Shown here in pieces: positions 57,724 through 64,000 of a DNA stretch of 64,000 nucleotides (position 1 is its first letter; each line of letters begins with the position of its first letter). The DNA is taken from positions 976,235 through 1,040,234 of the forward strand of contig CBDHDF010000011.1 in NCBI GenBank assembly GCA_965261545.1, given 5' to 3'. The DNA is from Bdellovibrionales bacterium (GTDB lineage Bacteria > Bdellovibrionota > Bdellovibrionia > Bdellovibrionales > UBA1609). The position numbers and the translations under genes are program-made. Below the pieces are notes generated by a model. That model was not told the origin of the DNA, searched no databases, and saw nothing but the letters and a program-made list of their open reading frames with translations.

Positions 57724-58805
57724 TCGAGGGTTGAAAGACGTATTTATATTTTCTGTAGATGGTCTTACAGGTTTTCCTCAAGCCATTTCAGCGGCTTTTC
57801 CCAAGTCTAAAGTGCAACTGTGCATTGTCCATATGGTCCGCAATTCCCTTCGCTATGTTCCTTCCAAGGATATGAAAGCTGTCGCCCAAGACCTCAAGTC
57901 CATTTATGGCTCTACGACTCTGACAGAAGCTGAAAAGGCCCTTGAGGAATTTTGTACCAAGTGGTCTTCAAAGTATCCTAATATTGAAAAGTCTTGGCGT
58001 AGGAATTGGGACAATCTCATCACTATTTTCGATTATCCGGATGAAATCAGAAAGATTTTTTATACCACAAACGCCATAGAGTCGTTAAATAGCGTGATCC
58101 GCAAGTCGATCAGAAATCGTAAGATATTTCCCAGTGATCGGTCGGCTTTAAAAGTTGTATATTTAGCGATAAAAATGGCCTCTAAGCGATGGACACGACC
58201 ATTACACAACTGGAAGCCAGCCATGAACAGGTTTGCCATTGAATACGGTGACCGTTTTGACAACTAAGTTTTTTAATAAGGTCCCCTTATAAGGGGGCTT
58301 AAAAGCCCTCTAAGGCGTTGAGAAATGCTGGAATACGAGACTATGGTTAGGGTAATATAGTATGGGAACCTAAATCCATGCCCTCTTGGTGCAGACTTGG
58401 GTTTCCATTTTTTTTCATATTTCATCCCAATGCTGGTATTTCTCGAATATCACAAGTTAAAAAAAATAAAAAAAATGGGGTAATATAGTATGGGAACCTA
58501 AACACATGAACCCTTTGATGAGATTGGAATTTCCATTTTTTTGAGAGAGCTATTGCTGATTTTTTTCCAACCAAGATGATAATTATTTATTTGAGTTCTT
58601 TCCAGTTCTGATATGATCCCATTACGGCTCCATCTCCCCATTAAATTATAATGCATTGTGACTGACAAAATCGCTTGAAGGAAAAAATGTCAATTATACA
58701 TTGACGAATAATATGGGGCTGTGCTTTTTACCAGGAGTGGAGCCACATAAGTGGCTTTAAGATTTAAGAAAAAAATTGCAGTTACACAATTATTTTTACA
58801 GTCCC

Positions 58806-59465
58806 TTGAGAGCGGGAGAAAAGCAAAGATTCTTTGTCACACCCGATAAAACGTCATAAGCATGAGATAGATACATACGTAAGAAATGAGTTTCCATCTC
58901 ATTTGGGCAAGGGTACCCACAATAACCCTCCTTTAAAAGATCTTTAGAGCGAGGAAGTGCTAATTGGTCGCCATCTATGGCATAGATATAAAAACCATGA
59001 AACGTTTTTCTCAATGGTTCGTAGTCTGTAATCAGAGATTCAAAGATATTTTTAAAAAATAGGTAAGAAATACTTTGACGTATCTTGCTGAGACTGCTTT
59101 TGACTGGCATGAGAAGCAGGTCACCAAAATGAGTCCATACCGTCTTAAGAGCGATTTGGTAGCCTTCGTAATTTGTTCCGGAAATAAGATAGATAATAGT
59201 AAAAAAGAAAATTTGAGGATTAAATTTTCGATTCCTTTTTTGTTTTTCTGGATCGACAAGGTGCTCTGGCTTGAAGGAAGAATCAAGTTTTGGTAGAATA
59301 AAATGGTCATCTGTGACGCGAACTCGTCATTTGGGGGCTTTCGAGATCAATATTGGATTGCATGTGACTTACTCCTTGGTTGAGGGTTGGGTGTAAAATA
59401 AAACAAGTCTTATTCTTGTCGATTTATCTAATAATTTCAAGAGATTTTTCTTAAGGAAACGGCAT
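58806..59465 (-). mobile_element. IS4-family copy C: left ~660 bp only, cut by IS256-D1
   Basis: Reverse complement of IS4-A 17979-18015 + 21637-22260. The terminal IR ends ...cttaaggaaacggcat at 59465. Confidence 0.85.
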
Positions 59466-60067
59466 GGTTAAGGAGCAAAGGTCTATCATTGTCGAAGGGC
59501 CAACGGGGGTGGGTAAAACCTTCTTGGCCCAGAGCCTGGGACACCAGTGTTGTCAATCCAGAATCTCCACACTGTTTATAGACATCAACATATTTCTAGA
59601 AACCTTGGCCCTGGAAAGGCACTCAGGAAGGTATTTGAACTACTTGCGTCGTCTGGGCCGCCCCCAAGTGTTAATTTTTGATGACTTTGGATTAAGGAAG
59701 TTCTCCCAAAGTGAATCCACAGACTTCTGCGATATTTTAAAGTTTCGTTCCGATAGGTCCACCGTTATTACCACTCAACTGCCAATAACGCATTGGTCAG
59801 AAATTATTGATGATGAGGTGCTGGCAGATACTATCATCGACCGTTTGAAGCATACCGCCATAAAAATTTTACTTAAAGGAGAGAGTTATCGAAAAATCCA
59901 GGGAACAAAACTTGACCAGGACTTTTCCCTAAAATAGGAAGAAATAGGATTACAAATTAACTAAAATTTTCCCCAGAAATGGGAAGGAAAATCATCAATG
60001 ACGCATTGAAATAGGGAAAGTGAGGGTAATGGGTGCAACCAGTGCGGGCAATACGTGCAATTGTACA
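59466..60067 (+). mobile_element. IS21-family lineage B: 3' part (istB fragment + right end), arm 1 of a 602 bp inverted duplication
   Basis: IstB-like GPTGVGKTFLA (Walker A) and LIFDDFG (Walker B). The ATG at 59464 is created by the IS4 junction. The element ends ...gcaattgtaca at 60067. Confidence 0.8.
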
Positions 60068-60661
60068 ACTACAAGGCAATGTTCCAAAATGGAGATGAAC
60101 GATCTGAACACCATCGGCAAATGGTAAAGCAACCTTCTCCTTAAAATCAAACTGAGCCTGTTCTCCAGGATCATATCTTTGGCTGAAAAAACGCTCCTTG
60201 GGGCGAGAACCAAGAATCTCACAAACTCTTCTCTGAACCGTTCTCTCACTCCCACGATAACCCTCCTCAACTAATAGCTCATATATTTCACGGGCGGTGT
60301 TACTTGGGTTCAACTTCAAAAAGTACTTCACCCGATCCATATATCCATTAAGGGGATCTGGGCGAGTTCTTTTGGACCTCGCCTTGTACTTCGGTGGGGT
60401 GTTGGACTCACAGTACTTGCGCACCGTCTTACGATTGATCCCTAATTCACGAGATATTTCTGTCTTATTTTTACCACTGTGACTCAGGTCACGAATGCGG
60501 CCGAAAGTGTATTGACTAATCATAAGATCCTCCTCATTGCTAACCTTTTGAGTTGCAAGAGGGAGGGACTCTGTGAGCTTAGTATCTATATCAGAAGAAG
60601 AGACTTCATTGTCTAGTATTTGAACACTCCCTGAAGATTGGTCACTTTTCATTGGCGACAA
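60068..60661 (-). pseudogene. IstA-like N-terminal fragment of a further IS21 lineage (D), cut by the IS21-B end
   Basis: HTH KTEISRELGINRKTVRKY, then YDPGEQAQFDF (start of the core). The last 36 residues of the track ORF are read-through into IS21-B. Confidence 0.65.
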
Positions 60662-61023
60662 CCTCCATATTGAAAGTGGGACATTTTAATTGGCGACGGC
60701 TTTAAGGGAAGCCTGTCTTCAGAAAGAAATTCCATGAAAATTGAGGCAAATGTTGGAATCTTGTGGAATTTAAATACTTTAGAAAATGGGTACAGCCTAA
60801 ACAGGCTTTTCTTGACTATATATTTAACCTCATTGCAATCCAGAAACAGTCTACAAATGACAAATATGGAACCTGAATAGGCTGTCATGGAAGGACTCTC
60901 CAACACGGAGCCCCTTTCCAGGTCGACAAGAACCCAAAAGGAGTTCTTATCAGCTCGGAGCCTTTTTATGAGTAATATCAATTGATTATATGCGTCTCGG
61001 TTGACAATGCCAAAAATCACCAT
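60649..61023 (-). CDS. Hypothetical ORF between two copies of the IS21-D terminal motif
   Basis: 124 aa with no recognisable motif. It is flanked by cacttttcattggcgac...cattttaattg at 60643-60700 and 61044-61080. Confidence 0.2.
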   Translation of the reverse strand: MVIFGIVNRDAYNQLILLIKRLRADKNSFWVLVDLERGSVLESPSMTAYSGSIFVICRLFLDCNEVKYIVKKSLFRLYPFSKVFKFHKIPTFASIFMEFLSEDRLPLKPSPIKMSHFQYGGCRQ

Positions 61024-61234
61024 AGGTCCTCCTCTGAAAAGTGGCCACTTTTCATTGGCGACGGTGGGGCATTTTAATTGTCAGCTAACACATATGAATT
61101 TTTGAGAAATACTGTGATTTCTCTTATGGCAGAAGAAGAATATAAACCAGAGGGGATGAAAAAGATTATTGAGCAAATAAAAGATGCGTAAAAGTGAAGG
61201 GATTTAAACAAATCTTACTGCAACTGCTCGCAAC

Positions 61235-61359
61235 TTACATAGGAATTTCTCCCTTGAGAGCGATATTGATGGCCTCTAAGGAAGAGAACCCCTTGTTTCT
61301 CATAGTCTTGACATAACTGGTCATCCGACAAAATCGCTTGGTGAGAATAGTCCTGAAGT
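61235..61359 (-). pseudogene. C-terminal remnant of a second IS66-family transposase
   Basis: FRTILTKRFCRMTSYVKTMRNKGFSSLEAINIALKGEIPM* aligns with FRSLMGAKTFCRNRSFLLTCQKNGIEPKDALNMLFQGKLP of the IS66 copy at 21454-21624. Confidence 0.55.
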
Positions 61360-61367
61360 CAGTATTT

Positions 61368-61458
61368 GTGAGTTCTGACTGGATATAAAATTTACTGGAA
61401 AGGCACTGCCGAGGCTCATGCCCTTTGCCTATTATTTTTATATCCAGTCAGAACTCAC
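61368..61458. mobile_element. 91 bp MITE
   Basis: 23 bp perfect terminal IRs gtgagttctgactggatataaaa / ttttatatccagtcagaactcac. 8 bp TSD cagtattt at 61360-61367 and 61459-61466. Confidence 0.8.
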
Positions 61459-61517
61459 CAGTATTTTAGAATTGTGTTGACATGGCGCTCCATACTACGG
61501 CCTTTTCTACCAGGTTA

Positions 61518-62198
61518 TTATGGCTTAAAATTCAACAACAGTGGGTGGACGGCTTTGAGGTTCTTTTCACTCAGCCCCCGTATGATGGAGATGCACTCAT
61601 CCTGGACTTCCGTGACCAAAATCTCGGCCCTCATGTAACTCTCAAAATCCTCTATTGTGAACCCATAGGATTGCACAATGTGAGCAATTCTAACTTTGGG
61701 GAGTCCGACCCGGCCCGTCTCAATGTGACCAATAGCGGCCTTATGATAGCCACAAATAGAACTAGCCTTGTATTGACTGAGTTTTTTCAGATTTCTCAAA
61801 ACCCTTAGCACCCTAGCTTCTTTGGTGATGATCTTTTTGAGAAATCGGCGATCTCTCCGGTGATCAACAACCTCCTTTTTTTTGTGACAAAACCTCTTTT
61901 CAATTTGTTCACTTTTGCCAGCACGACATAACAAAAAGTCCTCATAAGTGAACCCATAAATTGAGGCCGTTTTGTCAATCCGGCTCCTGTCTATGGTGGA
62001 CCTGCCGTTTTCAAACCTCTCAATGGATTTAAAATTTAGGCCCAAAAGGATTGCGGCCTCTTTGCGACTGAGTCCTCTGATCTCACGTAGCTTTCTCAGG
62101 GTGATTGCATCAACCTTGTCACCGCCTACATCTATTTTCCAAGTGATGTCCTCACCATTTTTTCTCTTTTCCATTACCTGTTCCTCCTCTGGAGACAT
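61518..62198 (-). CDS. Transcriptional regulator with two XRE-type HTH domains
   Basis: LRKLREIRGLSRKEAAILLGLNFKSIERFENGR and LRNLKKLSQYKASSICGYHKAAIGHIETGR. 226 aa. Confidence 0.75.
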   Translation of the reverse strand: MSPEEEQVMEKRKNGEDITWKIDVGGDKVDAITLRKLREIRGLSRKEAAILLGLNFKSIERFENGRSTIDRSRIDKTASIYGFTYEDFLLCRAGKSEQIEKRFCHKKKEVVDHRRDRRFLKKIITKEARVLRVLRNLKKLSQYKASSICGYHKAAIGHIETGRVGLPKVRIAHIVQSYGFTIEDFESYMRAEILVTEVQDECISIIRGLSEKNLKAVHPLLLNFKP

Positions 62199-62520
62199 AT
62201 CATTGCCTCAGCTTTGGCAAGCCACCGCTTGCTGGCGAAATAGCACTTTTTGCAAGCGAATAGTTGCACATTTTTTTTAAAAAATTCAGTTGGTTACGAG
62301 GAAGATGCCGCAAAAATACTTGGGACAAAGTGGCCCTGCTATTCGGACAGCCAAGCAGACAGCCAAAAACAGCCAAACTAGGAAATCTCGGGAAATATTA
62401 AAACGGGATAGATATTGAACTGAGTGCTAACCTATTGAAACCATTTGTTTTTAATTTTCAATAACTTACGTTGACTCAGCGTCCAAACCCTTCTCTGTTC
62501 GATTCAAGCAAAGTTTTTGC

Positions 62521-62596
62521 TGGAGCGGGTGATGGGGCTCAAACCCACGGCCTCCACCTTGGCAAGGTGGCGCTCTATCAACTGAGCTACACCCGC
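62521..62596 (-). tRNA. tRNA-Gly (anticodon GCC), CCA encoded
   Basis: Folded by hand: acceptor GCGGGTG/CACCCGC, D arm GCTC-AGTTGATA-GAGC, anticodon arm CCACC-TTGCCAA-GGTGG, T arm GTGGG-TTTGAGC-CCCAT, then T-CCA. Confidence 0.9.
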
Positions 62597-62622
62597 TAGT
62601 GAGATAGATGGATGAGTGACTC

Positions 62623-62649
62623 TTTATAACGGGTAGAATTTCTTGTCAA
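62623..62649 (-). promoter_or_regulatory. Possible sigma-70 promoter for tRNA-Gly
   Basis: Minus strand TTGACA (62649-62644), N15, TATAAA (62628-62623), about 25 nt upstream of the tRNA 5' end. The spacer is shorter than optimal. Confidence 0.3.
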
Positions 62650-62705
62650 TTCACCCGTACCTGTGAAAGAAACAATTTATTGCAATGTATTAAGTAACCT
62701 TCATG

Positions 62706-62795
62706 CAATGCCGTTTCCTTAAGAAAAATCTCTTGAAATCATTAGATAAATCGACAAGAATAAGACTTGGTTTTATTTTACACCCAACCCTCAAC
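62706..62795 (+). mobile_element. IS4-family left-end fragment (90 bp)
   Basis: caatgccgtttccttaagaaaaatctcttgaaatcattagataaatcg... up to ccctcaac, then the IS21-B end. Confidence 0.85.
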
Positions 62796-63397
62796 TGTAC
62801 AATTGCGCGTATTGCCCGCACTGGTTGCACCCATTACCCTCACTTTCCCTATTTCAATGCGTCATTGATGATTTTCCTTCCCATTTCTGGGGAAAATTTT
62901 AGTTAATTTGTAATCCTATTTCTTCCTATTTTAGGGAAAAGTCCTGGTCAAGTTTTGTTCCCTGGATTTTTCGATAACTCTCTCCTTTAAGTAAAATTTT
63001 TATGGCGGTATGCTTCAAACGGTCGATGATAGTATCTGCCAGCACCTCATCATCAATAATTTCTGACCAATGCGTTATTGGCAGTTGAGTGGTAATAACG
63101 GTGGACCTATCGGAACGAAACTTTAAAATATCGCAGAAGTCTGTGGATTCACTTTGGGAGAACTTCCTTAATCCAAAGTCATCAAAAATTAACACTTGGG
63201 GGCGGCCCAGACGACGCAAGTAGTTCAAATACCTTCCTGAGTGCCTTTCCAGGGCCAAGGTTTCTAGAAATATGTTGATGTCTATAAACAGTGTGGAGAT
63301 TCTGGATTGACAACACTGGTGTCCCAGGCTCTGGGCCAAGAAGGTTTTACCCACCCCCGTTGGCCCTTCGACAATGATAGACCTTTGCTCCTTAACC
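62796..63397 (-). mobile_element. IS21-B 3' part, arm 2 of the inverted duplication
   Basis: Reverse complement of 59466-60067. I saw one mismatch. The IstB fragment protein is identical. Confidence 0.85.
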
Positions 63398-64000
63398 CAA
63401 TGCCGTTTCCTTAAGCCACCACACCCCTCTGCCTCTGCGTTAAGCTATTTCTTTTAAAAGAACTCCCAGCCCTTTTGATAGACCTTTCATAGCTTCTTTT
63501 GAAGTGCCTCCTCTTCTCCATTGAAATCTTCATCAGCAACTTTATCTGCTTCCTAAATTTCTGATAGAGCCCCGCAACAAAAAGAGGGATGCTATCCATT
63601 ATGAAATCAAGAATCAGTTTAAAGTTAGGTTTTTTGTAGTCATTTTTCACCAACTGATTCACACTGTCTTCATCCTCATTTATGCTCATTTGAATCTTTG
63701 TATAATTGAAGAGCCAAAAATAAGAATACAGCTCTTGCAATATTCCATTAAGGCTTGTTGAGTGCCACTGCTCCATTTTCATTGTCGATGTAAAATCACG
63801 AAATGTCGTTTCTATTTCCCAACGACGAGAGTAAAGAGCAACCATATCCTTCTTGTCCAAGGAGCCATGCGGAAGATTAGTGGCCAAAACAGAGAACTCC
63901 CCAGTCTTTGGGTTTTTATACTTATAGAGATGAATGACCACCCCCTCAATAACCATTTGTGAATACCAACCTGGGCCATTAAATAAATTTACGATGGGGA
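63398..64000 (-). mobile_element. IS4-family copy B (uninterrupted as far as the window goes)
   Basis: Right-end IR at 63398-63415. The transposase frame is continuous across the sites where copy A carries IS21. Confidence 0.85.
63411..64000 (-). CDS. IS4-family DDE transposase, 5' end outside the window
   Basis: ...YSRRWEIETTFRDF...LFNYTKIQMSINEDEDS... The frame is still open at 64000. Confidence 0.85.
   Translation of the reverse strand, partial: PIVNLFNGPGWYSQMVIEGVVIHLYKYKNPKTGEFSVLATNLPHGSLDKKDMVALYSRRWEIETTFRDFTSTMKMEQWHSTSLNGILQELYSYFWLFNYTKIQMSINEDEDSVNQLVKNDYKKPNFKLILDFIMDSIPLFVAGLYQKFRKQIKLLMKISMEKRRHFKRSYERSIKRAGSSFKRNSLTQRQRGVVA

Larger units (their letters stand above)
55168..58267 (+). 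pseudogene. IS256 transposase of D1 split by D2 (55168-55834 + 57732-58267)
   Basis: The 222 aa and 178 aa halves rejoin exactly at ...LQNRG|LKDVF... Confidence 0.9.
55095..58805 (+). mobile_element. IS256-family element, copy D1, interrupted by copy D2; older (small deletions in its tail)
   Basis: IRL at 55095 and IRR ending at 58805. The flanks differ (no TSD). The tail lacks several short segments present in the other copies. Confidence 0.85.

Noticed and set aside
49797-58805. Composite transposon: IS256-C and IS256-D1 in inverted orientation flanking the ATPase/PIN islet
   Set aside because: Copy C has its own 8 bp TSD (a simple insertion). D1 has no TSD, and there is no common duplication outside the pair. 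Co-mobilisation cannot be supported from this window.
59464-59937. 157 aa ORF as a complete IstB gene
   Set aside because: Its ATG is created by the IS4 end / istB junction (ggcATGgtt). The N-terminal ~90 residues of IstB are missing.
62215-62245. Sigma-54 promoter-like ttggcaagccaccgcttgc upstream of the XRE gene
   Set aside because: The GG-to-GC spacing is 3 nt too long for the TGGCAC-N5-TTGC consensus, and it lies on the strand opposite to the XRE gene.

Overview
AT-rich bacterial window (hand counts of sample lines give about 37-40% GC). It has two very different halves.

**Bases 1-17.9 kb: ordinary coding sequence**
- Minus-strand conjugation genes: a YezD-like small gene coupled to a TraD/VirD4-type coupling protein. 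That ORF runs off the window edge into a TraU-like segment.
- One IS1634-family insertion.
- A ~652 bp tandem triplication of a small sigma-70 region-4 gene cassette.
- A tightly coupled operon: sigma-54 response regulator, OM beta-barrel, ankyrin lipoprotein, histidine kinase, lipoprotein and membrane protein.
- A Zn-ribbon/TPR-like gene and a soluble histidine-kinase core.

**Bases 17.9-64 kb: an insertion-sequence graveyard**
- About 25 copies or fragments from at least 9 transposase types: IS4, a DUF4338-IS4 fusion, IS66, IS256 (5 copies), IS21 (4 lineages), an IS5/IS1182-like element (2 copies), IS91 (3 copies plus a fragment), an Rpn/PD-(D/E)XK gene, and a 91 bp MITE.
- Many are nested, and their exact target-site duplications can be read directly from the sequence.
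- Housekeeping genes are shattered: prfC and an MsbA-like ABC exporter.

**Three non-IS islets survive inside the graveyard**
1. 32.4-34.5 kb: a prepilin-like gene whose body jumps to about 57-68% GC, followed by a stand-alone YVDD reverse transcriptase. This is a DGR-like or other RT-associated candidate, but I could not find a template repeat.
2. 53.3-55.1 kb: an ABC/AAA ATPase (DUF3696-like) plus a PIN-like gene pair, next to a decayed PD-(D/E)XK-like gene. This is a candidate defence module.
3. 60.1-62.7 kb: a double-HTH XRE regulator and tRNA-Gly(GCC), bracketed by a 602 bp inverted duplication.

No CRISPR array and no rRNA were seen. All family names come from motif recognition by eye. 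No database search was run.
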